Shown here piece after piece: positions 1 through 11,432 of a stretch of DNA of 64,000 nt; positions within the stretch are counted from its first letter, which is position 1, and every line of letters starts with the position of its first letter. The notes under the pieces are model-generated. The model was not told where the DNA came from. It searched no databases and saw only the letters and a list, made by a program, of their open reading frames with translations. Location: assembly GCA_977017575.1 (NCBI GenBank), contig CDRNVI010000029.1, positions 744,001 through 808,000 on the forward strand. Direction: 5' to 3'. The DNA is from Paramoeba atlantica. Its lineage: Eukaryota > Protista > Discosea. The translations under genes were made by a program, and so were the position numbers.

Positions 1-690
1 TCGGCCACCCATTTGGTCTGTGTGAGACAGATTCAAAACATCCACTCTACCAAATGGATGAATGCGTGGTGGAACAGGCCGGAATACTACATGCGGGACA
101 CCCGAGTGGGAAACAGCGGCCCGCCTTCGGTACTTGGTCTCCCCGACCTCCGAACCTGAACTACAGTGCGTGTACGGCGCCACCCTCAGGAACGAGGATT
201 TTTGCATCCACGCGCTGGACTGCAAGAAGGTCAGGGGCAAGACCCAAGCCTCTCGACATAAAGTAGTTAAGGAAACCTTCCGAGACCTCCTAATCAACTA
301 TGGTTTCTCCCCAGACCTTTGCGAACCCAGGTTCGACAACGGTCGAGGCCCTGACATATGCTTCCAACTGGGCTGGAAGCTCGCCGTTGTGGACGTCACC
401 GTGGTCAACCCACTGGCCCCGTCCTACGTAGATAAGGAGGCCGCCCATCCCTCTTATACACTGAGGATGGCGGAAGGCAACAAGCGCCGCGCCCATGACG
501 AGATGGCGGCCGCCAGATGGATTTTTTCCCCCTGGCCTTCACCACCTATGGCGTGCCTGGCCCCAGAAGGCATCTATGGGGTGCCTTGCCATCCAGAAGG
601 GCAATGCCCAGATAGTGCAAGCGGCGGTACAGGATTGGTACCGTCGCGGGGTGCGCTAACTGGGGTAGGAGCGGGGGTGAAAATATAATT
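1..690 (+). mobile_element. 3' fragment of a CRE/SLACS-like non-LTR retrotransposon (Zn-knuckle + restriction-like endonuclease), degenerate
   Basis: ORF 62..688 has HALDC...RHKVV...EP...GPD...DVTVVNP..PSY, an RLE-domain motif set. Clearly homologous at DNA level to 10500..11165. The window starts inside the element. Confidence 0.75.
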
Positions 691-1178
691 ACGCATCATA
701 GATTATTCAATTATAGTTATAAACTAAAGTGCTCTTATTTATGAGAGGGGGAGTATTTTTTAGGGGGGCTAATAGAATTTTACGTAGACTCCCGAGTACG
801 ATATAGTAGAAAGATTTTTTTAACTAAAGGGAATTTTAGTACACTTTGTATTAATATCTCAGAATAATCTCACTTCGTAGTAATATCTCATTTTACATGC
901 AATCTTGCATTGAAAATATCACACTCATTTTTCGAAAAATATTCTTTTATCCAGGTAATAATTCGTAAGCTGCGTAGGATCATACTTTAGCAAACGATAT
1001 ACGACCGTTCAACTAATTCTTATTTCCACTAATGTTAGGTAAGCTATGGGTAAGCCGATGAAGCATTTCCCTTTACCGTCACCAAGCAAAGCGAAACGAC
1101 ATTACTACTTCTGCTCCATGCAAGTACAGTGAGCCACTACACATTTTCTAAACTGATCTCCACAAAAGCACAAGCAAA

Positions 1179-3008
1179 ATGTTCTTTTCCCGACCACGAA
1201 GCCTTTTCATGTCCGGATTCTGCAAAGCCTATGACGAGTTCCGCGAGCGCTACGCTCGTTTCGAACTCGCCCGTAAATCCGAGAACCCCATCTCCTTCAA
1301 AGAGGCCATGACGGAGGACCTTAAAAAATCCCGCCACCCCAAACCCAAACGTGTCCGCACCGAGGAGCTCCTCATCACCACCACCGCCTCCCACATCGAG
1401 GCCGGTGGGGAGGTCTCCGAACAGGCCGTCCGCGACCAAACCCCCGCCTCCTTGGTCGCCGGAGGCCAGGCCACACTCCAAAAAGGCGCTCCTCTCCCCC
1501 AACTCCCCTATCTCACCAAGGAGTTCCTCCTGGAGGCCTCCACCCCCGGCGGGGAGCCCGATGTTTGTATGATCTGCAACCACTCCCTTCCCCTCAGCTG
1601 GGCGAACCACATCCACACCCCCCAGCACCGTATCACCGCCTCGACCTTTACGATTCTGCTCAACCGACACCGCGGCCAGGACGTGGACCAAATCTTTCGT
1701 GCCTTCACGGGTTCCGCGCTGCTCCACCCCGCGGGGTACTACGTGTGCCCCGAGCTGGTCGGGCAGATTGGGAGCGTAGCGGATATGGCCATGAAACTCC
1801 GTAGCGTGCTGTCCTATTTAAGGCGGGAGAGGGTACTGCAGTACTCGATGAGTTTGGTCGGGATGCGAGCGTGTTTTGAGCAAATGGAGCGGCTGGGGGA
1901 TTTGGTGCTGACCCCGATTATTAGTGATGTGTTGGGGTCGATTTTTGATGTGGATACGGAGTATAATTTAATGCCGATTCTGGCGCCTGGGTTGTCGAAT
2001 TCGCAGACACATTATGGGTCGATTACGGATGCGTATTTTACGTCGAATTTGCATTTAGAGTACGCGTTTGACCGGCTTGATTTAAGTGAAATCACAGAGA
2101 TATCCTGCGACTCCAGCCGGTTGGAGGGAAAGGGTAAGGCGGATGTTATGGAGGCCATTCTGGGTGAGCTTCAGCTCTTCCTGTGGGCTTGTGAGGCTGA
2201 TCCGGTATTTGGGGACTGGTCCCAGAGACAGTATGTTGAGGCACATCACCATCCGCTTATTACTTTGGCCGAACATGCTAAGAATGTATTAGTCGGACTG
2301 GTGGTGCTGGTTTTCATGCGTGTCGTCATCGAAAACTGCGTCCCTATGATGCGAAAATACGAAGAAACGATAGAAAAGCACTCCAATATGGCCTTGCGGA
2401 GGATTCCGAAGTTGGCGACATGTGAATCATACGTTCGCCGTGAATTTCGTCCTGTAATATGCTTAGCTCCACACAGGCCACCGCAGGAAAGAAAAAATGG
2501 TTTTTTAAACATGGCTTCAGCAAAGGACGATTGCTCAACTACCTTCCCTAATGTTGACGTAAATAGATGTTCCTTATTTCGTCCGAGTTCTTGCGCTGGT
2601 TATCAACTGGAAAAGTACGTGTCCTGTTCTGAAGGATACTCCACAAAAGAGTTTTCTCACACAATTGGAAAGGAAAAGAAATTTCAAAATTGCAGCCAGA
2701 AGATTGCCATGCAGAACGTCATACAGTCGCATCTTCTTTTTGCTGATTACAAACACTCACCCGCAAAATCCACTAATGATACAGATGGTTCTTCTAAAGG
2801 AGACCGAAAGTCACCCACATTTTCGGAAGGTTCTTCAAACTCCAATCCGACAACTGAGAAAATACACTCCGCACGTCCGCTCTCCGAGACAGAAATTTTA
2901 TTACCCAAAGATACGGTTTCACAGGTTTCACTTGACGTAATAAGACATAAGGAATTTTTGGATGGTCAAGCAGCGAGGCGAAATGATGTTTCTGTTGCAC
3001 AAACATGA
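1179..3008 (+). CDS. Hypothetical protein (609 aa) with a C2H2/matrin-like zinc finger
   Basis: Long ATG-initiated ORF, co-directional with its neighbours. CMICNHSLPLSWANHIHTPQH fits CxxC...H...H. No other family recognised. Confidence 0.7.
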   Translation: MFFSRPRSLFMSGFCKAYDEFRERYARFELARKSENPISFKEAMTEDLKKSRHPKPKRVRTEELLITTTASHIEAGGEVSEQAVRDQTPASLVAGGQATLQKGAPLPQLPYLTKEFLLEASTPGGEPDVCMICNHSLPLSWANHIHTPQHRITASTFTILLNRHRGQDVDQIFRAFTGSALLHPAGYYVCPELVGQIGSVADMAMKLRSVLSYLRRERVLQYSMSLVGMRACFEQMERLGDLVLTPIISDVLGSIFDVDTEYNLMPILAPGLSNSQTHYGSITDAYFTSNLHLEYAFDRLDLSEITEISCDSSRLEGKGKADVMEAILGELQLFLWACEADPVFGDWSQRQYVEAHHHPLITLAEHAKNVLVGLVVLVFMRVVIENCVPMMRKYEETIEKHSNMALRRIPKLATCESYVRREFRPVICLAPHRPPQERKNGFLNMASAKDDCSTTFPNVDVNRCSLFRPSSCAGYQLEKYVSCSEGYSTKEFSHTIGKEKKFQNCSQKIAMQNVIQSHLLFADYKHSPAKSTNDTDGSSKGDRKSPTFSEGSSNSNPTTEKIHSARPLSETEILLPKDTVSQVSLDVIRHKEFLDGQAARRNDVSVAQT

Positions 3009-3311
3009 TGATCTTGAACACCTTGAAACGTATCTAGAAAGAGTGTTGTTTCTCATCGTTCTAGAATTTTTGTCTGATGGCAAATATTCCCGTTCTGCTA
3101 AAAAACGAATAGAACATTATCTCAAAGTCTTGTTTCTCTAAGGTACTTGTGCAAGCTTCAAAAGGTAAGAGTTTAACAGTAGAAGTTTTGTTCGTTGAGA
3201 GGTTGAGATGTGATATGATACTATTGTATTAGGATATGGTACACCTTTATTCATATTAGTACACATGCTTGATCCCCGTGCACACTCCGAATTAACAGCT
3301 ACGACTGACAA

Positions 3312-4994
3312 ATGGATGAGTGGATACTGATTAGCTGTAACGGGTTGCTGCCCGCTCACTTTGAAGGGGCCCAGGTGAATGAGGAAATTTCGTGTGTCTC
3401 GCTTCTAAAACAAACACACATGGGTTCTTCTGCAATGTCGAATTCAAGTGCAAATTTAATATCGAAGTCCGAAATATACATAATATTTCGCCAAAGTCAA
3501 ATGAGCGAAGGGAATTCTATTAGTTTCAATTGTGTTCCCCCAACCCTCACATCTAAGTTGTGCTATCCTTGCACGAATCATATTTCTCCAACGTACTCTG
3601 CATCGGAGTATGTTCAAATCGCATTCGCAAAAGATTATGCAAAAACGCAAATTTTGGAAGTCGATGTTTACGTGCGGAATAAAAACGAAAATTTGGACAA
3701 GTCGTGTGATGAATCTTCACAAGGCCCAACTTGCTATTCTTCGGAAAAGCTTGGCACTGCATACATTATCCTAATTTCACGGAGTAGCAGCAACCCAGCG
3801 CCTTTGACAAGCGCAAGTCCTATTATATCCCCTTCTAACGGGCTTGTCGGTGAGCTTTACTATACTGTGCAACACTTTAAAGTCACAACAGGGTGTGTCG
3901 TACCTCATTGTAGGTGCATCTATTGTTCTTGTGTGCGATCGAAAAAAAATTGCACCCGACAAAAGGATCACGTTTCGTCCTTTCTTGTTGGACACCGAGG
4001 GAACGGAGCTATCTCCTCAGATGTGAATGCGCCATGCGATCGAACGGGACGTCGAAAGCCTCCGGAAAACACTTTGGATTCTTTTGAAAAAGCTATTCAA
4101 GTAGACAAAATTTCCTTTGTTGAGATTGACGTTCACCTTACCGCCGATAGAATTCCGATTGTGTTTCATGACTTTAAAGTTAATGTCGCCAGCAATAACA
4201 GTGCGTTAACTATTCCAGTTCCCATTGCCCACCTAACTCTGAAGGAATTGGAGGGAATTCGCATTGCAGAGCACAGAACTTCGCACTTTAAGGCTGTAGT
4301 TACGAATCATTGGAATGAGATAATTGAACGCTCTGAATCGGCATCTCAGCGAGAAGCACCATCTAACTTGCACTTGAACTCTTGGATTCCGATGTCGATT
4401 TTAACACCATATCTTCGCAAAGGCTTTTTGAGTTATAAAAAGGCTCTCTGCGAGTCCCCTTCTGCGCTTTCTTTTAATGTGGAGATTAAATACCCCACCT
4501 TTGATGAGGATTCCTTTGTTAAATCTAGTGATGTATATCAAAACATGTACGCATATGTTCAGGGCATTGTGGACATTTCTCTGCAACATTGTGGCGCTCG
4601 GGAAATCGTATTTTCTTCGTTCTCTCCGGAAATATGTATCTTGACACGGGTCATGCAAACTTGTTTTCCAGTCTTCTTTCTCGTAGCCGAAACAAAAGAT
4701 GATGGTGGTTACTTTTTAAATGATGGACGAACTGCATCTGCTCAACGGGCACTTGATTTTTGCTGCAAAGTTGGGCTATGTGGTCTTGTTTTGGAAGCAT
4801 CTTGGTTGCATTTTAATCCAGAAATTATTCACGAAATGGCTGAGAAGGGGAAACAGCTATGGACATATGGCAAAGGTAACAATGCTGCCTCGTGGGTAAT
4901 GCAGCAATATGATTTAGGAGTACATCGTGTCATTACCGACCTTACTGGACAATTAATTGGTGAGATTAGAGCAGTGGGATTCTTAACATTTTAA
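3312..4994 (+). CDS. Glycerophosphodiester phosphodiesterase (GDE1/GPCPD1-like GDPD domain)
   Basis: GDPD motifs VGHRGNG, PENTLDSF, VEIDVHLTAD.IPIVFHD, FNVEIKYP, VFSSFSP, LWTYG..NN, GVHRVITD. Confidence 0.9.
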   Translation: MDEWILISCNGLLPAHFEGAQVNEEISCVSLLKQTHMGSSAMSNSSANLISKSEIYIIFRQSQMSEGNSISFNCVPPTLTSKLCYPCTNHISPTYSASEYVQIAFAKDYAKTQILEVDVYVRNKNENLDKSCDESSQGPTCYSSEKLGTAYIILISRSSSNPAPLTSASPIISPSNGLVGELYYTVQHFKVTTGCVVPHCRCIYCSCVRSKKNCTRQKDHVSSFLVGHRGNGAISSDVNAPCDRTGRRKPPENTLDSFEKAIQVDKISFVEIDVHLTADRIPIVFHDFKVNVASNNSALTIPVPIAHLTLKELEGIRIAEHRTSHFKAVVTNHWNEIIERSESASQREAPSNLHLNSWIPMSILTPYLRKGFLSYKKALCESPSALSFNVEIKYPTFDEDSFVKSSDVYQNMYAYVQGIVDISLQHCGAREIVFSSFSPEICILTRVMQTCFPVFFLVAETKDDGGYFLNDGRTASAQRALDFCCKVGLCGLVLEASWLHFNPEIIHEMAEKGKQLWTYGKGNNAASWVMQQYDLGVHRVITDLTGQLIGEIRAVGFLTF

Positions 4995-5420
4995 ATCAAG
5001 TCTTTGTCCAGAGATCTCATTTCTATTACTAGAATCATCCGACATTGGTGTTGTGATTCACAACAGGAGCCTAATGGAGCCTTCCTAATGAGGAACCTAA
5101 TGTTCACAACTTGTGAACATTAACACAACTGTTCAATTTTTCTGATGATACAAGGTATAAAACGTATAATTTTGCAATGGACTAACAACGCCAAGGAAAT
5201 TATACCGAATTCTAATACAGAACGTGGCACTCTTCGAGCGAACTGATATCATATTGTCCGTTAAGGTGATATGCATTCATCATTCACTATAAGCCAGATT
5301 TTTATATTCCAGCCGTCGAGTAAGAAGAATACAGTATCACAAAAAAGTTAACCATATTTTGAGCATTTTTTCAAAGTTACGCACGGACTGATATTTCATA
5401 AATATTTATCTCACATTTTT

Positions 5421-5873
5421 TTGCAGGCGGTTGAAACGTCAGAACCTCGCACTGAACTTTTCGGAGGACCATCCTTCAGTGTAGTCGAACACAACCGCGT
5501 TGACTTTTTTCTGTATACCCTTGGCAATATTCGCGAAACGGCATTAAATGGTGATGCAGATTCGCGAATTGCAGCTGAATCTTTAGGAAGTTGCTTTTCC
5601 TCCGTTGAAGTCAGAAGATCACTTCGACCACTTCGACTGCCCACTACATGGAGAGTGGAAAACCATTTGTACTTTGCAGGAGGAGCGTCTCGACGCCATG
5701 CAAATTATTACTCAAATTTCAGTAGAACAGGATCTCAATTCGCAAAAGGCCGCTACTTTTCCTCCTCAGTAAGGTCTGTTGGATGCAGTAATTTTGGAAT
5801 CTTGAAAAACATAATGTATCTCAGAGAACAATTTCACCAATGTCCTCAATCTAGAAAGGTACAACAAGAATAA
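5421..5873 (+). CDS. Possible short hypothetical ORF or gene fragment
   Basis: 150-codon ORF with a non-ATG start, co-directional with the cluster, ending just before the Merlin relic. No family recognised. Confidence 0.25.
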   Translation: MQAVETSEPRTELFGGPSFSVVEHNRVDFFLYTLGNIRETALNGDADSRIAAESLGSCFSSVEVRRSLRPLRLPTTWRVENHLYFAGGASRRHANYYSNFSRTGSQFAKGRYFSSSVRSVGCSNFGILKNIMYLREQFHQCPQSRKVQQE

Positions 5874-5885
5874 TAATAATAAACG

Positions 5886-6698
5886 GTTAAACTGAAGCAA
5901 ATTTAGCATTTTTCATATTTTTTGATATTTCCGATGAATCCTGGCTCTACTTCGAAGCCACTCTCTTCCAATACAATGAATTTAAATTTCTTTCTTACTT
6001 CAATATCTTAAGACTTTCTTACATAACTCTGCGAACTTAAAGATGAATACAAGTGCAATGAGTCTGCAAGTTCTCGAAGATTCTCAGCATGACATCCCCG
6101 CCGTTCCTCTTCAAACTTCCGTTACATTTTTCAGGAATTGCTTGAACTCGGTCTGATCTTTTCCCTGGCTTGCTCCCCAAAATATTTCCTTCACGTTTCA
6201 AACGCTTCTTAGCCATAGAGTTAGCACATTCAACAGTGTTTGTATGTACCCCGTCTGGGGTGACCCATTGCTGACGATGATTTACACTTCGCCACTCGTA
6301 CTTGGACCGAAGTTTTAGATTATGACGGGCGCCAAGAAGCGGACGGGCGCAATGAAGAAGCAAGTTCATCAATTTTTGAAACGAGCGTTGGTACACCACC
6401 ACTTTGCTCCAATGAGCTTCATGTGTCGGGGTGACTTGTGTACTTTCCTGTAGCACACAACTTTCTGGGCTAACAGCTTGTGGCTTTTCATTCATTCGGC
6501 ACATTCCTGCTCGCAAAGTGCAACTTTGCTTAATGTGAGGTCACCCCGACAAGAAAACCCAGCACACCCTTGACAAGGTATAACAAAATCACGAAAAATC
6601 CAAAAATCAACCTAGTAGAATAAAAAGAAGATTTTTTTGGGGGCAAAAAATAGGAAAAAAAATAATCGAGAAAAAGGCTAAATTTGCTTCAGTTTCAC
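5886..6698 (-). mobile_element. Internally deleted Merlin (IS1595/ISXO2-like) DNA transposon
   Basis: ~28-bp TIRs: GTTAAACTGAAGCAAATTTAGCATTTTT (5886-5913) and the inverse of AAAAAGGCTAAATTTGCTTCAGTTTCAC (6671-6698). Internal ORF 6037..6516 has the Merlin C-terminal motif VNH..WVTPDGVHTNTVE. No clear TSD. Confidence 0.75.
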
Positions 6699-6826
6699 AT
6701 AAAAAGCCCCTACTTCTGCATTATTTTTGCTTGCTAAATAATATTTCGAAAATTTTTACGTTACGGTGCTTTTACTAGGGCTGTACCCATTGTGCGTCTT
6801 AGTTTAAGATTTTTTGAGTGGTGTAC

Positions 6827-7888
6827 ATGTCTGACTATGAGTGGAAAACAGTTCAATCAAAAAGAAAAAAATCGCGTCGAAAACGGGTACCCCTTTTTCT
6901 TCAAGAGAAAGATTCCGGATTTGATCCAGGACTGATAGAACTGGAAGCATTACATTCGGGAACGGGAGTGGCACGAAAAACGCTGATCGAACCTGAGTTG
7001 TGTGCGTTGAAGATGAAACGTGCGCACAGATTGCTACGCATCATTAAGCATATCGTAAACTGCACACCTCGATATCACCAAATGTCGAAGTCCCTTGACG
7101 AGGTTGCGCGCATTATATCGCATTCATGGAATTTGCTTTACCCTGATCAGGCTGTTTATGCACATATTCGTCATCTCGCGCTTGCTCTCGGTTCTATCGA
7201 AAAAAATAAGAATACTCTTCCACAATTATGTTTTTTCCTTTCGTTGCGAAATCAGCTTGCGATGCGTTTGCAGTCCTTCATCACTGCATCTACCGATGTA
7301 GGGGATCGCTGCCCTCATCAGTGGCACACAGATGATTTAGCTCAGGCGTACGATCCGGATTCTACATCAATGGATCAGTTTGTACTTTCTCAATGCGGTT
7401 TGCATTCGCGTTTGAATCACCATTACTTTCGAGATGAAAGCAAGAACAAAGTCGAACCTTCAGTTTACGTAATATTTGCCCCTCACGCACCCTTGCAGCT
7501 CACTATAGAAATATGGAATCAATTGCGCATTTTCCGAAGTTCGATGAACAGCATTCCCCAGGAGCCCTCAGCAAAAGAGAACAGATTGTATTCGATGCTC
7601 GTTTGGATAGGAAACCCTATGATATGCCCCACATTTGATTTTGAGGGAGCACCCCTATTAAAGGAGCACTTCATAGATATTCCTTTAAAGATATTAAATC
7701 CTTTCGAGGAATCTCCGCTGGCGCTGGATGACACTTGCATGTCTATTCTTCGAATTTCTCACCAGATATCCCCACCCAACGAGATATCTACACCGCCTCT
7801 TGCTTTTGATGAAACCAGGGTACAAAGCAACATGGCAGCACTATACAAATATTGCAAATGGAACGGTGCAGGTGAATTTCGTGTGTAG
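6827..7888 (+). CDS. SRR1-like (SRRD) domain protein
   Basis: Motif order LALGSI...QLCFF...AYDP...D..VL..CG...FAPHAP...IWN...WIGNP matches the SRR1 domain pattern. First ATG is at 6827. Confidence 0.6.
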   Translation: MSDYEWKTVQSKRKKSRRKRVPLFLQEKDSGFDPGLIELEALHSGTGVARKTLIEPELCALKMKRAHRLLRIIKHIVNCTPRYHQMSKSLDEVARIISHSWNLLYPDQAVYAHIRHLALALGSIEKNKNTLPQLCFFLSLRNQLAMRLQSFITASTDVGDRCPHQWHTDDLAQAYDPDSTSMDQFVLSQCGLHSRLNHHYFRDESKNKVEPSVYVIFAPHAPLQLTIEIWNQLRIFRSSMNSIPQEPSAKENRLYSMLVWIGNPMICPTFDFEGAPLLKEHFIDIPLKILNPFEESPLALDDTCMSILRISHQISPPNEISTPPLAFDETRVQSNMAALYKYCKWNGAGEFRV

Positions 7889-8340
7889 ACAATTTCTTGC
7901 GTGGATCGCTTAATGGTACTAATGTACCCCCCCCCCGGTTTATAATAGCCGCGCTTTTGCCCAATTGAACTTATAAAGGAGGGGAGGGCGATGGAAGATT
8001 AAAAGTTCGCACTGAAATAGCCCTACATTTTGGAGCGAGAAACCAGGAATTATCCAATCGCTAAGTAGGCCCCGGCTCTCTGGCAAAGTAAAGTGTCCAG
8101 CACCACCCCGTGCCATACCTCGAAGAACCACGTAAAAATAATACTAGTATCAAAATATTTAAGACGGTGCAAGAAAATTAAAAAAAAACTTCCTCGGTTT
8201 GCCAAAAAAAGAACCTATAAGCGGAAAGTGGAAAAGCGAAAAGTGGGCGTGGAAAGCTAAAAAGTGTACGAAAGCTCGAAAAGTAGATAAAAAAATAATA
8301 GGAGTCGATTTTGGAAAAATAATGTTTTTACTTTTTTTTT

Positions 8341-8630
8341 TGGTCACCCCAAAATTTTCGGAAATTTTGACCTTGTCGGACCCCTCCTGCGCGTACCAGG
8401 GGGGGGGGGGGTGGAAATCATCGCCGCGGCATACTCTACCACTTCCCTGCGCTCAATTTCGAAAAGCAAAAAATTCGAAAAAAAAATCGCGACGTATGCC
8501 CCCCGCCTGGACCCCCCTCCCCAATGGACCCCCCTTTTTTTCAATTTTGGACCACCGGAGCCCCCTTTTATACTTTTTTTTCTATTATAAACCCCCCACA
8601 GCGAAAAGTCACCCCCCTCTAACTTTTCAG
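8341..8630. repeat. ~300-bp dispersed repeat (probable Tc1/MITE end), inverted homologue of 25880..26190
   Basis: Near-identical blocks GACCTTGTC(G/A)GACCC..CCTGCGCGTACCAGGGGGG...CGCGGCATACTCTACCACTTCCCTGCGCTC..TTTCGAAAAGCAAAAAATTCG on opposite strands. Both copies lie near Tc1-like transposase relics. Confidence 0.8.
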
Positions 8631-9298
8631 CCAAGTGTCCGTTTGAGCTCATTTTTGTTGCATTTTGCTGTTCCCAACACAAAGACTGCCCGTTAAAGCA
8701 TGGAACCAAAACTCTCAAATGCGTGCATCCGATAGATGGATTATCACTTTCTTCACATTTTTCAAGAGACCAATTTCTCACACTTTAACTAATTAAAATT
8801 CTCCTCCCATGAGGAAATCAATTATTTCTGTCCGTTTTTGCTGATTTTTGTTGCAAACGAGAAATCTATTATTACTATTATAATCTATTATTACTGTGTT
8901 CCTCTTTATATTTTCACTGTTTTTGTTCACTTTTTTTTCAATAATTGAGGGTAGAGCGGTAGTGATACAACCACCGCAATTTTTTCCTTTATTTTTCAGA
9001 TGTTTTTGTTCAGGTCCAAATTTTTCCCAACTCCAACACACGTCCTGTAAAGTATGTAAAGTCATAGAGTTTCTTACCGCGCAACGGCACCATTCTCAAA
9101 ATGTAACGGAAGTATACGATGTACGATACAATGGCAAATAAACCCCCGCTCGGTAGTACATTGGGCAACAAGATGCCAAGTTTGGGGTGCTGTAGGAGTG
9201 GGGTGGAGGTATTTGGTTATTCTACGAAATGACACATCTATTACAAGTGAGACGTACATAGAAACATTAAAACAGGTAGATTTCCCCCTAATAGTGTA

Positions 9299-9405
9299 TT
9301 TCAACAGGATGGGGCAACGGCACATACTGCCCGTGTCTCCAAAGAGTATATTGAGAATCGAATGAGTGATGTTCTAAGAAACTGCTCCCCCTACTCGCCC
9401 GACCC
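9299..9405 (+). pseudogene. Tc1/mariner transposase relic
   Basis: Manual translation FQQDGATAHTARVSKEYIENRMSDVLRNCSPYSPDP gives the second catalytic D motif and a degenerate WP..SPDL motif. Confidence 0.7.
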
Positions 9406-9475
9406 GTTTGTTTATTTCACACTGATTCGAATTATGTCTGGTAGTTTTTTCACAATTTGCGCAATAAACGGCATA

Positions 9476-11431
9476 CCCTGGACGGCAATAGGAGGTAATT
9501 ACCTCCTATTGCCACATATTTTAGTCTAAAGTGTGACTTCTAAAAAGTCTTACGTTATCCTATCTAATTCTGTTCTAAGTCATAAAGGGGGCTTTTTTCG
9601 TTACTAATACAGAGTTTCTGCTTTCTTGTGGTGCAAAATACGATGTTATTGTGCCTCTAGGGCCTACGTAAGGGCGTTCTTACCTTTTATCTAACTTCTT
9701 ACTATTCCCCATACTTTTTCCCACGCTCGTATACTTTTAATGAAAGTCATAACTGTTAGTTACTTTAAATTGTTCATTAATCGAGTTAATATCCTGATAT
9801 ATCCTGATATGAAGAGGCAGATATTACTCCAAGGTCTCAGAAGCGAGCAGCGCGTCATATTAGCAACGAACTACGCGATGCTGTTAATCAGCGGGCGGCT
9901 GATGGACCAAACCAATTAAGCTTGACAACAATGAGAAAGGTCACGGATATTTCAAGCCATGCGAAGAAAGTTCGGTCTCGGAACGTTGAGGACCCACTTA
10001 AATTTGGAGATCTATACTGTTATTTTTATTAGGTCTGGGCATACCTAGATGACGTCACCTTCGCGGGTGAACCAAAGGTTTGCGCGGAAGCCCTGGAGGC
10101 CCTCCGCGAGGAGTTGAAATTCCTCGGACTACGGCTGAACGACACCAAGCGTAAAGTGGCCACTAGGCACGACAAATTCTTCACGGATGGAAGATTCACC
10201 CCAGATGGAACTTCATTGTGAGGACGCACGAGCCTCCGGTAACAAAAAGGGGCAGAGACCAGGTGGATAAGGCCGCCATGGCATGTGCCGAGGCCCTGCT
10301 CGGCGGGATGGGTTCCTTGGGGAAAACGCCGTTTACTAATAACCTCTTTAAGTCAGATTTCCTAGGGACCATCCCCTTCGAGCACAAGGCTCAGGACATG
10401 CAGGTGAAGTCGAAAAGCGCACCTCAAGGCATACCACCTGGCATTTCTGCCAAAGATCTGCGTAGCAACTCTTTGCTCTGAGGAACGCCCCGACGTCTAC
10501 CCAATGGGTCTGCATGCGTCAGATCCAGAATGTGCACTCCACCAAGTGGATGAGTGCCCTGCCGAACAGGCCGGAGTACTACATTCGGGGCCCGTATTGG
10601 GAGACTGCGGCACGCCTCCGGTACCTGGTCGCCCCGATCTCGGAACCTGAGCCCCAGTTCGTGCGCGGTGCAACCCTCAGCAATGAGGAGTTTTGCGTAC
10701 ACGCACTGGACTGCAAGAAGGTGAAGGGGAAAACTCAGGCCTCCATCCATAAGGAGGTCAAAGAAACGTTTCGGAACCTCCTATTCCACTATGGGTTCAG
10801 CCTGGGCCACGAAACGAGGTTCGACAACGGACGGGGGCCAGACATCTGTTTCCTGCTGGGACGTAAGATCTTCCTGGTTGACGTCGCAGTTGTGAACCCA
10901 CTGGACCCGTCGAAGGAGGCCGCGGAGCCAGCCCACACGTTGAGGATGGCTGAGGCCAACAAAAGGCGCCCTCATGAAGAGATGGCTTTGGTGAGGGGCA
11001 TGGATTTTCACCCCCTGGCCTTCTCCACGTACGGGATCCCGGGCCCAGAAACCTCGAACTTCCTCAACAAGGTGGCCCGGGCCCACTCTTCGGACAAGAA
11101 CGGGTGTCTCGCCCATTTCTTGATGGCCGTCGGGGTGGCCATCCAGATTGTGCAGGCGGCGTTATAAGACTGATACCGCCGCGGGGTTAGGGGACAGGAG
11201 AGGGCGGGGGAGGGGTGTAGGCTTCCGGTGGGCCTAGGTGGTGCACACGAAAAAAAAATGGTTTAGTTTTATTCATCTTTTAATATCAAAGATACCGTTT
11301 CTGTAAACATATGGTTTTTTCCTGAGTGTAAATTTCAGTCCAAGTTCTGCCATGTTAATTGGGTAATAGAAAAGTGGTAATTACCACATATTACCACGCA
11401 TGTGGTAATTACCGCCTATTACCGTCCAGGG
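9476..11431. mobile_element. Non-autonomous TA-flanked TIR element (Tc1/mariner-type) carrying a nested retrotransposon
   Basis: 28-bp TIRs CCCTGGACGG(C/T)AATAGG(A/C)GGTAATTACC at 9476-9503 and 11404-11431 (26/28 identical). TA lies immediately outside both ends. Confidence 0.7.
10032..11258 (+). mobile_element. 5'-truncated CRE/SLACS-like non-LTR retrotransposon (RT end + Zn-knuckle + RLE + poly-A)
   Basis: VWAYLDDVTFAG RT motif at 10033-10068. ORF 10514..11167 has HALDC/H..V/GPD/DVAVVNP/FSTYG RLE motifs. A9 tail at 11250-11258. Frame breaks are present. Confidence 0.85.
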
Positions 11432-11432
11432 T

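Noticed and set aside
8159-9141. Overlapping ORFs at 8.2-9.1 kb, and similarly at 25.8-26.3 kb
   Set aside because: Phe/Lys-rich translations of homopolymer-rich repeat DNA with no protein motifs.
11275-11320. Spliced-leader-like motif GATACCGTTTCTGTA...TG/GT just after the CRE poly-A tail
   Set aside because: Only about half of 39 positions match the kinetoplastid SL, in AT-rich sequence. There is no GTATG intron start, no clear Sm site and no tandem repetition. Retest once the organism's SL is known.
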